Assembly: GCA_037189525.1 (NCBI GenBank)
Contig: JBBCJC010000002.1
Span: forward strand, 832,001-896,000
Length of the DNA stretch: 64,000 nucleotides
DNA from: Gemmatimonadales bacterium
GTDB lineage: Bacteria; Gemmatimonadota; Gemmatimonadetes; Gemmatimonadales; GWC2-71-9
Reading direction: 5' to 3'
Shown piece after piece: positions 31,601-39,493 of this stretch. The position numbers were made by a program, and so were the translations under genes. Positions within the stretch are counted from its first letter, which is position 1; the number at the start of each line of letters is the position of its first letter. The notes below the pieces were generated by a model. The model was not told the origin of the DNA. It made no database searches and saw only the letters and a list, made by a program, of their open reading frames with translations.

Positions 31601-32326
31601 CCGAGGCACCGAAGCCACCGTCCCGATCCCGCCGGGATTGGTGAGCGACATGGTGGCGCCCGCGAAGTCATCCGGCATCAGCTTGCTGGTGCGGGCCTTC
31701 TCGATCAGCGTTTCATAGGCCGCGTGGAATCCGGCAAAATCGAACTGCTCGGCATGCTTGATGACCGGGACCACCAGTCCGCGGCTGCCGTCCTTGCGCT
31801 GCGCATCGACCGCGATGCCCAGATTGACGCCGGCCGGATCGACCCGGTGCGGGGCGCCGTCCACGGAGGCGAACGTATGGGTCATGACCGGATGGGTTGC
31901 CGCCGCGCGGACCAGCGCGTACCCGATCAGGTGCGTGAACGAAATCTTGGTGTCGCGGCCCGCCGCCTTGAGCGCGTTGTTGAGGGCGGTCCGGTTCTGC
32001 TCCAGCGCGCGCACCGAGATTTCCCGGAACGTGGTGGCCGTCGGAACCGTGAGGCTCTCGTTCATATTGGCCACGAGCCGGGCGGCCGGGCCTTTGATGA
32101 GCTGGGCGTTGGTTGGGGCGGCGGACGCTGCCTGGGCGGCGACCGGCGGCTTGTCGCCGTTGGTTGCACGGGCGGGCGGCCTTTCGCCCACCCGCCCGTT
32201 CTCGAACAGGACCCGCCATTCCGGAGCGACGGCGCCCGGGTCCTTCAGATACTCTTCGTAAATCGCCTGCGCAAAGCCGGCGTTTGCTGTCTCGAATACG
32301 TTCGGGTCGATGAACCGTTCGGCCAT
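28691..32326 (-). CDS. sucA: Multifunctional 2-oxoglutarate dehydrogenase (succinyltransferase E2 catalytic domain fused to E1; KGD/OdhA type)
   Basis: N-terminal E2 domain with TYDHRIIQGAESG; E1 motifs GMAHRGRLN, HGDAAFAGQG, YRRHGHNEGD, LWEAQFGDF, PHGYEGQGPEHSS. Confidence 0.95.
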   Translation of the reverse strand: MAERFIDPNVFETANAGFAQAIYEEYLKDPGAVAPEWRVLFENGRVGERPPARATNGDKPPVAAQAASAAPTNAQLIKGPAARLVANMNESLTVPTATTFREISVRALEQNRTALNNALKAAGRDTKISFTHLIGYALVRAAATHPVMTHTFASVDGAPHRVDPAGVNLGIAVDAQRKDGSRGLVVPVIKHAEQFDFAGFHAAYETLIEKARTSKLMPDDFAGATMSLTNPGGIGTVASVPRLMAGQGSIIAVGAIGYPPEYSNLSAEAVKALGVSKVMMITSTYDHRIIQGAESGEFLRTMEQMLQGQDDFYAAVAASLGVQLGAAPAAEAVAPAPTAPVARTGRPSAAYGAAATLDDLEAVSAAMSLLKGFRTHGHLAARLDPLSGTPIGDSAMDPTSLGLDEARMARIPSSILRTAVPGATLAEALPNLHATYCGTLAYEVEHLASHDQRVWLRQQIESGTHRVPLDRDAKLTLLDRLIQVEAFERFLHKAYLGQKRFSIEGVDLLVPMLDTAIEMAAEQGARDVGLGMAHRGRLNVLVHTLSRPYVTVFAQFDGKKPGEEGEDVGTGDVKYHHGAEGAFVSKTGRSIAVSLAHNPSHLEFVGPVVDGWARAKQTQRKSGGGYHDPTAALPIVIHGDAAFAGQGVVQETLNLGVLRGYATGGTIHIITNNQVGFTTDALDSRSTQHASDLAKGFDIPIIHVNADDAEACLAAVRLAMMYRERFREDVVIDLVGYRRHGHNEGDEPGYTQPTMYERIKNHPTVRARYAASLVSEGILTAEDAERRYEAAYQHLVDLQQRFKASQAQPAQAEAPPNKVSREEPVTAVPAETLIALNDQLLTYPEGFTVHPKLVRQLERRRTTMGPEGGIDWGHAEALAFASLVTEGIPIRLTGQDSERGTFSHRHLVLHDAVNGATTCPMQHLPGATASFEVHNSPLSELATLGFEYGYNVAAREAMVLWEAQFGDFINGAQVIVDQFMTASLSKWGVTSRLTLLLPHGYEGQGPEHSSARMERFLQLAAEDNIRLRNCTTSAQYFHTLRQQAHRKRQRPMVIFTPKSLLRLSQASSTLSELSEGKFHPVLNDPTALQQADAVTRVVMCSGKVYYDLLAAAEKSSSPRPALVRVEQLYVFPESEVSEALAAYPNATELVWCQEEPRNMGAWTFVAPRLHRLLPERMSLRYVGRPDRASPAEGNTYAHAIEQERIVNEALT

Positions 32327-32534
32327 GTCAATCGTCTCTAAGGTCCTGCGGCGGGGGCCGGGAACTCGCCGGCGCGCGCACCGCGAAGTAATGCTTTCCG
32401 GCTTCCCCCACCCTACAGGGTGCGCTTTCTCTCGCCATGATAATAAGCGGGGTCGGGGCAGAATGAGGTGCGCCGGGCTCCCGTTTCCGGAGTGGGCGGG
32501 CCGAGGGGGACAGGGGCAGTGGTACGAGGGAGGT

Positions 32535-32569
32535 GCCGGAGGGGCGAGCGTGGTCTGACCCCCTCCGGC
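32535..32569 (-). terminator. GC-rich hairpin downstream of the chemoreceptor gene
   Basis: GCCGGAGGGG...CCCCTCCGGC 10-bp inverted repeat, no clear U tract. Confidence 0.4.
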
Positions 32570-32600
32570 CCCCTTCCGGGCCCCGGCGCCAGCGGGTGGA

Positions 32601-33518
32601 TCAGGCCTCCCGCTGGCCGCCGATCCGTTCGGAGACGAGCGCCGTGTTCCGCGACACGTCGGTGATCCGCGCGCTGATCTCCGCCGTCGCGTAGGTCTGC
32701 TCCCGGGTGGCGAGCTCGATGGCGTCGGCGTTCTTGTGGGCCTGCGTGATCGAGGTCTTGATCTCGTCCAGTAGCGTGACGACGCCGTCGACGCTGCTCA
32801 CCATGCGCTCGAGCTCGCGCGTGATCTCCTCCGACGCGCCCGCCGTGTTCCGCGAGAGATCTTTGACCTCCGTGGCCACCACGGCGAACCCTTTGCCGTG
32901 GTCGCCGGCCCGAGCCGCTTCGATCGTCGCGTTGAGCGCCAGCAGGTTGGTCTGCCCGGCCACCCGGTGGATCAGCGAGACGATGCCGCGGATGGTGCGC
33001 TCCGCCTCGCGCAGCGTCGCCGCGGCCGATACCGCCGCCGTAGCCTGTTCGACCACGGCCTCGGTCATCGCCACCGCCTGGCCCGCCTGCCGCGAGATCT
33101 CGGCGCCGCTGGCCCGAAGCTCCTCGCAGGCCGCGGCGACCGTTGTGACGGCCTCTGCGTTCTCGACCGCGAGCCGGCCCGCGAACTGGACCTGTTCGCG
33201 TGCATCGCGCATCGATATGGCGGCGCGGTTGATGATCGCGGCGCCTTGCCGGTAGGCGCCATGGAGCCCGCGCTCCAGGATCGGCCGGTGGAAGCGGCCC
33301 TGGGCGCAGCTGTCCATCGCGGCCGATGCCTCCCGCACGAACGCATCGGCAACGTCGAGTACCCGGTTGACGGCGTGACAGACCGGCGCGAGTTCGTCCT
33401 CCTCGTCGATCCCGACGATCCGGGCCTCCAGGTCGCCATCGGCGGCGCGCAGGCAGATGTCGGTGATGGCGGCGAGATCCGTGGCGGTGGTTCCTCCGAT
33501 CGGCATGGTCGCGGTCAT
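32601..33518 (-). CDS. Soluble methyl-accepting chemotaxis protein (HAMP-like plus MCP signalling domain, no transmembrane helix)
   Basis: [31 protein letters not shown] hairpin tip; N-terminal GDLEARI HAMP-like segment. Confidence 0.9.
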   Translation of the reverse strand: MTATMPIGGTTATDLAAITDICLRAADGDLEARIVGIDEEDELAPVCHAVNRVLDVADAFVREASAAMDSCAQGRFHRPILERGLHGAYRQGAAIINRAAISMRDAREQVQFAGRLAVENAEAVTTVAAACEELRASGAEISRQAGQAVAMTEAVVEQATAAVSAAATLREAERTIRGIVSLIHRVAGQTNLLALNATIEAARAGDHGKGFAVVATEVKDLSRNTAGASEEITRELERMVSSVDGVVTLLDEIKTSITQAHKNADAIELATREQTYATAEISARITDVSRNTALVSERIGGQREA

Positions 33519-34072
33519 GCGGCCTCCGCAGCGAGCGCCGTCGACGCCGACAGGCCGAAGACGAACCGTTCATAATCCACGCCTTGCGTGGCAAGCAGCT
33601 GCGTCAGGAGCGCGCTGGACGCCTGGAGCCCCGCCGTCCGATCCGCATGCCGCCTTTCTTCGGCCAGCAGCTGCGCATAGAGCGGACGCACGCGCGCCAG
33701 CGCATCGGCGTGGGGCGTCCGGCGATTGGAGTGGTAGCCGATGTGCGCACCGGATCGGTCGTAGCTCGGCGTAACGTGCGCAAAGACCCAGTATTCGTCG
33801 CCCCTCTTACAGAGATTGAGCACATAGGCGAAGATCTCGCGCCGGCTCTCGATCGTGTTCCAAAAGAGCTTGTAGATGCACCGCGGCATTGCCGGATGGC
33901 GCATGATGCTGTGACGCGCGCCGATCAGCTCCGCCTCGGTGTAGCCGGATACTCGCACGAATACGTCGTTGGCGTAGGTGATCCGACTCTTGAGGTCGGT
34001 CTTACTGACGATGATCTCGTCTTCGCCGAACTGAATGGTTCGTCCCGTGGGAATAGCGACTCGCTCGCTCAT
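33515..34072 (-). CDS. Stand-alone Aer-type PAS sensor protein
   Basis: [40 protein letters not shown] and IGYHSNRR match the Aer/CetB FAD-binding PAS pattern; overlaps the MCP start. Confidence 0.88.
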   Translation of the reverse strand: MSERVAIPTGRTIQFGEDEIIVSKTDLKSRITYANDVFVRVSGYTEAELIGARHSIMRHPAMPRCIYKLFWNTIESRREIFAYVLNLCKRGDEYWVFAHVTPSYDRSGAHIGYHSNRRTPHADALARVRPLYAQLLAEERRHADRTAGLQASSALLTQLLATQGVDYERFVFGLSASTALAAEAA

Positions 34073-34319
34073 GATTTGAAGGTCCTCGTAAAACGGTCAT
34101 TCTTGCCGCATGCTCATCCCGAGCAAAATGATCGGTGCTCGGGTTACAGCGTTACGCGTGGCCGCGTCGCTGCGCACGAAGGACGCTGTGCTGAGCGGAT
34201 GTGGCCGTGAGACGAGGAGGGACGTTCGCAAATGCGGTGCCAGGAAGCAGGCTCGCGCCGAGACCAATTCCGACTGCTCAGGTCTCAGCACATCCTGGTT
34301 AGTAATGCGTAGCTACCGA

Positions 34320-34967
34320 TCAACTCCCATCGGTGCGATCGGCGTTCAGCTCCCGCATCCGAGCGGCGAGTGCCGGGTCGATGCCCTGGTCGAGCCGGTC
34401 GATGGCGGCGCGGGTGTCCGGCAGAGGTTCGTCCTGGCCCATCTTGAACTTGATGTCGAGGCGCTCGATCGGCAGCCGGAAGCCGAGCAGGCGGGGAAGC
34501 CGGGATGCCATCCCGCCGGGGCCGACTTCTTTGAGATGCCAACGGTCGTCCCGGCCGGCTTCGAGACGCTCGACCACTTCGTCGATATGATGGACCGTGG
34601 TGGCCTGATCGAGCAACTCGGGGCGTCCATGGCAATGGACCGTGGCAGAGTTCCAGGTCGGCGCGTTATCGCGGCGCCCGTGCGGCCGTCTGGGATACCA
34701 CGACGAGGAGATGTAGCCGTGCTCCGCGATGAAAATCGCCACCGTCGGGAGCCCCTGCCGGATCAGCTCGGCGTGTTCGTTGGCGGTGGCCAGGTGGGAT
34801 TCGAGTGCGCCGTGGTCGCCCTGATCCGGCTTGCCGATGAACACCAGATGCGACACCACGAGCCCGGCCGGCCCGGCGGTGACGAGCGTTCCAAAGACCT
34901 GGCGATCGATCAGGTCGAACGCCGCGGCCGAGGGGTTGTCGGGGATGAACTCGGGTCGGTTATACAT
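34320..34967 (-). CDS. PaiB family FMN/heme-binding negative transcriptional regulator
   Basis: MYNRPEF start, HLATANEH, HGYISSSWY, APTWNSATVH, KFKMGQ. Confidence 0.85.
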   Translation of the reverse strand: MYNRPEFIPDNPSAAAFDLIDRQVFGTLVTAGPAGLVVSHLVFIGKPDQGDHGALESHLATANEHAELIRQGLPTVAIFIAEHGYISSSWYPRRPHGRRDNAPTWNSATVHCHGRPELLDQATTVHHIDEVVERLEAGRDDRWHLKEVGPGGMASRLPRLLGFRLPIERLDIKFKMGQDEPLPDTRAAIDRLDQGIDPALAARMRELNADRTDGS

Positions 34968-35970
34968 CGGGGTCCAATGCCTTGCTTGGTTGAGAGCTGT
35001 CCTGAGGCCCGAGAATCCGGCTGAGCCAGGCGGCCGTGTCCCGATAAGCGCGATCGCTCACCGCGGCAATCGAGACGGCCTCCAGAAAACTATGCATGGT
35101 CGCCGGGTAAATCGTGGCGGTCGTGTCGACGCCCGCGGATGCGAGTGCCGATGCGAGCGCCACATTCTCGTCGGTCAGCGGGTCCAGTTCGGTGATGGTG
35201 AGCCAGGCGGGCGGCAGCCCGGTCAGGTCGGCCCGGAGCGGGCGGGCCCGTGGGTCGGTCACCGGCAGATCGCCCAGATACTGGCGCCAGAACCCCGCCA
35301 CCTCGGCCGCCTCCAGGGTGAACCCGCCCTGCCCGTAGCGGTGGTAGGACCCGCGCTCGAAGTCGTCGTCGATCGCCCCGTAGTTGAGCACCATGCCCTG
35401 CACTTGCGGGATCCCGCGCTCGCGGAGGGTCAGGCAGGTCCCGAGGGCAATGTGAGCGCCGGCCGAGTCGCCTGCCAGCACGATGCGCGCGGGGTCGAGA
35501 CCCAGGGACGGGCCCTGCCGGCGGATCCAGTCGATCACCGCGACGGTTTCCTCGACCGGCCGGGGAAATCGGTGCTCCGGCGCTAGCGAATATTCGACCC
35601 CGATGACTGCGATGCCGGCCCGGGCGGCGTATTCGCGCATGACCCGGTCGTGGGTCCGGGTGCTGAAGATGGTCCACCCGCCGCCGTGCAGATACACCAT
35701 GACCGGGAGTCCTTGGGCGCCGGAGGGCCGCAGGATCCGAATCGGAATGGCTCCCTCCGGACCCGCGACGGTCTGGTCCAGCGTGGTCGCCATGACCGGG
35801 CCGCCGACCGTCCAGGGCGCCCGGACCCGTTCCGCGATCCGGCGCTGCACTGTCGGCTCGACCGTCTCGAGCGGCGGATGACTCGCCCAGGCGGCGGCGA
35901 GCGCGGTGACGAACGGCCGGAGTTCGGGGTCGATCAGCTCGGGCGAGGCCCGGTCGTCGGTCGGGCTCAC
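34960..35970 (-). CDS. Alpha/beta hydrolase (HSL-family esterase/lipase)
   Basis: YLHGGGW, YSLAPEHRFP, GDSAG, DPL and HSF triad motifs; GTG start at 35970 overlaps the glpD stop (the 729-aa ORF extension is spurious). Confidence 0.9.
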   Translation of the reverse strand: MSPTDDRASPELIDPELRPFVTALAAAWASHPPLETVEPTVQRRIAERVRAPWTVGGPVMATTLDQTVAGPEGAIPIRILRPSGAQGLPVMVYLHGGGWTIFSTRTHDRVMREYAARAGIAVIGVEYSLAPEHRFPRPVEETVAVIDWIRRQGPSLGLDPARIVLAGDSAGAHIALGTCLTLRERGIPQVQGMVLNYGAIDDDFERGSYHRYGQGGFTLEAAEVAGFWRQYLGDLPVTDPRARPLRADLTGLPPAWLTITELDPLTDENVALASALASAGVDTTATIYPATMHSFLEAVSIAAVSDRAYRDTAAWLSRILGPQDSSQPSKALDPDV

Positions 35971-37640
35971 GATGGCTCCGGATCGGAAGAGAACTGGCCT
36001 CCGTGGGCTGTTCCGCGGGGAATCGCCTGCGCCAGATGGAAGTAGCGATCGATTTCCTCCCGCCGGCGTGCCTCGTCCCAGCCCAGTTCGCGCCCCATCA
36101 GAAGAGCGACCGGCTCGGCGGCCGCGGCGCCGGCGTCGGGCGTCTCCGACCCGATCGACAGCCGCCGGAACAGCACATCGTCGAGGCGGCGGGCAAACTC
36201 GCTCCGGACAGCGTGGACGACCTGAGCCCCGATTGCGCCGTGGGGCGGGTGGACCGGGGTGGCCAGGTCGGGGCGTTCCCGGACCAGTTCGTAGATGGCG
36301 GGCGTCTCCGATCCGTATTGGCCGATCAGGTGTGCCACGGTCGAGTCCGCGAGCCCGAGAGAGGCGCCCTCGGCCCGCAGTGTTTCGGCGCGGTAGGGGT
36401 CGCCGCCCGGCAGGGGTTCCTTGGCGCTCCGCGTCTTCATCGGATCGGTCGAGACGATCCTGCCGGCGCCGAGTCGGGGCCCGATCGTCTCGAGCAGATC
36501 GATGGCCATCCGGCGGTAGGTGGTGAGCTTGCCGCCGGCAATCGTGACCATCCCTCTGGGGCCGGTTTCGATCAGATGCTCCCGGGATCGAGACGAAGGA
36601 GACGACCGGTCTGATCGGATCAGCGGGCGCAATCCGGCCCAAGAAAGGGAGATGTCTTCGGGGCCGAGCCGTGCACCGGGAAAGATGGCATTGGCCGATC
36701 GCAGCAGGTACAGCATATCCGCTTCGTTGGCGACGGTATCGTCCGGGTGCTCGGGCGCGTCGGTGTCCGTCGTGCCGATGTAGGAACGGTCTCCCCAGGG
36801 GAGGACGAACATCACCCGTCCGTCGACCGGGCTCAGGAAGGTGATGGCGTGATGGTGGCCGATCCGCGACCGGGGAACCATCACATGGGCCCCGCGGCTG
36901 GGCCGGAGCAGCGCGACCTGGTTCGGGTCCTCCAACTGGCGGAGGTGATCGGCCCAGGGGCCGGTGGCGTTGACCACCACCGTGGCGCGGACGGTACCCT
37001 GGGCGCCGGTCAGCTGGTCCTCGATCACGGCGCCGACGACCCGTCCCTCCTCGAACTCCAGCGCGGTGACACAGGTGTAGTTGGCCACCAGCGCCCCATG
37101 CTGGGCCGCCGACTGCAGAGTGGCGAGGGTCAGGCGCGCATCGTCGCACTGGGCGTCCCAGTAGAAGGCGCCTCCCCGGAGTCCCCGTTCCCGCAACAGC
37201 GGCTCCTGATCGAGCACCGCTCGCTTGCTCAAGGCCCGATGCCGTCGCACATTTCCGCCCAGCGCCAGGAGATCATAGACAGTCAGGCCGAGCTCGAGCT
37301 TCCATCGCGGCACCCGGTCGGTGTCGAAATTGGGGAACAGGAAGCCCAGGGGTCGGACCAGGTGGGGGGCGATCCGGAGCAGGACCGCCCGTTCGGTGAG
37401 CGACTCTCGAACGAGGGACCACTGCCGGTGCTCGAGGTACCGCAGGCCGCCGTGGATCAGGCGGCTCGATCGGGAGCTCGTCCCGGCGGCAATGTCGCCC
37501 CGTTCGACCACAGCCACCGACAGCCCGCGAAGCGCGGCCTCGCGAGCAATGCCGGCGCCCGTCGCGCCGCCGCCTACGACCAGCAGGTCGAACCGGCGAG
37601 CCGAGAGATCCCAGATCGTTGCACGAGCGGAAGGGTTCAT
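35967..37640 (-). CDS. glpD: FAD-dependent glycerol-3-phosphate dehydrogenase
   Basis: VGGGATGAG, GTSSRSSRLIHGGLRYL, VVNATGPW, GLRPL, GGKLTTYR. Confidence 0.92.
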   Translation of the reverse strand: MNPSARATIWDLSARRFDLLVVGGGATGAGIAREAALRGLSVAVVERGDIAAGTSSRSSRLIHGGLRYLEHRQWSLVRESLTERAVLLRIAPHLVRPLGFLFPNFDTDRVPRWKLELGLTVYDLLALGGNVRRHRALSKRAVLDQEPLLRERGLRGGAFYWDAQCDDARLTLATLQSAAQHGALVANYTCVTALEFEEGRVVGAVIEDQLTGAQGTVRATVVVNATGPWADHLRQLEDPNQVALLRPSRGAHVMVPRSRIGHHHAITFLSPVDGRVMFVLPWGDRSYIGTTDTDAPEHPDDTVANEADMLYLLRSANAIFPGARLGPEDISLSWAGLRPLIRSDRSSPSSRSREHLIETGPRGMVTIAGGKLTTYRRMAIDLLETIGPRLGAGRIVSTDPMKTRSAKEPLPGGDPYRAETLRAEGASLGLADSTVAHLIGQYGSETPAIYELVRERPDLATPVHPPHGAIGAQVVHAVRSEFARRLDDVLFRRLSIGSETPDAGAAAAEPVALLMGRELGWDEARRREEIDRYFHLAQAIPRGTAHGGQFSSDPEPS

Positions 37641-37667
37641 CCTCTGTCCATCGACTCAAGCACCTCC

Positions 37668-38204
37668 ATGCTCAGCTTCGAGCAGCGTCCGAGCTACTGG
37701 TTTACGGCTAACGCCGAGCTGTTTCGGCCGGGCGTCCGTGTCCTGGACTTTGCCGCCGGCCGCGGTCGCCATGCCCTGGCCGCCGCCGCCCTCGGCGCCA
37801 CCGTGGTGGCGGTCGACCGCGATGCGGGCCGGCTGGCGGAAGGCCGGGCCGAATCGGAGCGGCGGAAGCTGATCGTCGAGTGGGTGCAGGCGGACCTCGA
37901 AGCGCCCTGGCCCGAACTCGGTGAATTCGACGTCATCCTGATCTTCAATTATCTCGATCGGCTTCGCATGCCTGCCGTGGCGCAGTTGCTCAAGCCCGGC
38001 GGGCATCTCCTGTTCGAGACCTTCCTCGAGGTGCAGCGGCAGCTTGGCTGGGGGCCGACCAGTGAAGCCCACCTGCTCAAGCATGGCGAAGCCGCGACGC
38101 TCATTGCCCCGCTCTTACTGGTGCACGGGCGTGAAGTCTTCGAACCGGCGGACAACGCGCAGTGGGCCGCGGTGTCCAGTATCCTCGCCCAGCGAGCAAA
38201 GTAA
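37668..38204 (+). CDS. Class I SAM-dependent methyltransferase (TehB-like)
   Basis: VLDFAAGRGRH, AVDRD, FNYLDR, LKPGG; start at ATG 37668. Confidence 0.82.
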   Translation: MLSFEQRPSYWFTANAELFRPGVRVLDFAAGRGRHALAAAALGATVVAVDRDAGRLAEGRAESERRKLIVEWVQADLEAPWPELGEFDVILIFNYLDRLRMPAVAQLLKPGGHLLFETFLEVQRQLGWGPTSEAHLLKHGEAATLIAPLLLVHGREVFEPADNAQWAAVSSILAQRAK

Positions 38205-38207
38205 ACG

Positions 38208-39491
38208 ATGGCGGCGCGCGAGGCGGTTATCGTCACCGGGGTCAGGACCCCCTTTGCCCGCGCCGGCACGCAGCTTCGAGACGTGAGCGGGGTGGCGATG
38301 GCCCGCCACGCGGCCCGCGAACTGATCTACCGGAGCGGCCTGGATGGCCGCGAGGTGGATGAGGTGATCTTCGGCCAGGTCGTGCCCAGCGTGCTGGCGC
38401 CTAACGTCGCGCGCGAAGTGAGTCTGCTGCCGCAGCTGCCCCGAACCATCCCCGCCTATACGCTCAACCGGGCCTGCGCATCGTCGGCCCAGGCCATTGC
38501 GTCGGCCCGCGACCAGATCGTGTTTGGTCACGCGGACACCATCATCGCCGGCGGTGTCGAGTCGCTCTCGGACGTTCCGATTCTCCATTCGAAGCGGATG
38601 AGCCGCCTCCTGGTCGAAGCCAGCAAGGCCAAGACCCTGGGAGCCCGGCTCGGCGTCTTTGCCAAGCTGCGCCCGCGCGACCTGGTACCGGTCACGCCCG
38701 CCATTGCGGAGCCGTCCACCGGCGAGTCGATGGGGCAGTCCGCCGAGAAAATGGCCAAGGAGAACGGAATCTCGCGGGCGGATCAGGACGCGCTGGCGTT
38801 GTTGAGCCACCAGCGGGCTGCCGCCGCCACGGCCGACGGACGGCTGACCGCCGAGATCGCGCCGTGGTTCGGGGGCAAGGGCATGGATGAAGTCATCACG
38901 AGTGACAACGGCATCCGCGCCGATACCAGCCTCGAAGCGCTTGCTGCGCTCAAGCCGGTCTTCGATCGGCGCTACGGATCGGTCACCGCGGGCAACGCAT
39001 CGCCGCTGACCGACGGCGCTTCCGCCGTCCTGGTGATGGAACGGGCCAAGGCGCTGGCTCTGGGCTACCGCTCGCTGGTTTCGATTCGAAGCTACGCGGT
39101 GGCGGCCGTCGATCCCGGCTGGCAGCTGCTGATGGGCCCCCTCTATGCGGTCCCCACGGCGCTCGATCGGGCGGGACTCTCGCTGGCGGACATGGGACTC
39201 GTCGAAATCCACGAGGCGTTTGCCGCGCAGGTGCTGTCCAACGTGCGCGCCTGGGGCTCGAAGACCTGGGCCGAGCAGATTGGGCGGTCGGCGCCGGTCG
39301 GCGAGATCGACTGGGATCGGACCAACGTGATGGGCGGCTCGATTGCCATCGGCCATCCCTTCGGAGCAACAGGAGCCCGGATTGCCACCTCCCTGGCCAA
39401 CGAGATGGTCCGGCGCGACGTCCAGTTCGGGTTGATCTCGATCTGTGCGCAGGGCGGGATGGGGTTTGCCATGGTGCTGGAGCGGAGGTAG
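38208..39491 (+). CDS. fadI: Acetyl-CoA C-acyltransferase (3-ketoacyl-CoA thiolase, FadI type)
   Basis: NRACAS, HEAFAAQ, GHPFGATG, CAQGG; adjacent to fadJ. Confidence 0.9.
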   Translation: MAAREAVIVTGVRTPFARAGTQLRDVSGVAMARHAARELIYRSGLDGREVDEVIFGQVVPSVLAPNVAREVSLLPQLPRTIPAYTLNRACASSAQAIASARDQIVFGHADTIIAGGVESLSDVPILHSKRMSRLLVEASKAKTLGARLGVFAKLRPRDLVPVTPAIAEPSTGESMGQSAEKMAKENGISRADQDALALLSHQRAAAATADGRLTAEIAPWFGGKGMDEVITSDNGIRADTSLEALAALKPVFDRRYGSVTAGNASPLTDGASAVLVMERAKALALGYRSLVSIRSYAVAAVDPGWQLLMGPLYAVPTALDRAGLSLADMGLVEIHEAFAAQVLSNVRAWGSKTWAEQIGRSAPVGEIDWDRTNVMGGSIAIGHPFGATGARIATSLANEMVRRDVQFGLISICAQGGMGFAMVLERR

Positions 39492-39493
39492 CG

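Noticed and set aside
34118..34154. Possible sigma-28 promoter (TAAC...ACCGATCA on the minus strand) and CCCGAGCA/TGCTCGGG inverted repeat upstream of the PAS gene
   Set aside because: Several mismatches and off-consensus spacing; too weak to call
34320..34967. PaiB homologue as a KtzT-like piperazate (N-N bond) synthase for the PKS cluster
   Set aside because: No ornithine N-hydroxylase or NRPS nearby; it lies 7 kb outside the cluster in an operon with an esterase and glpD
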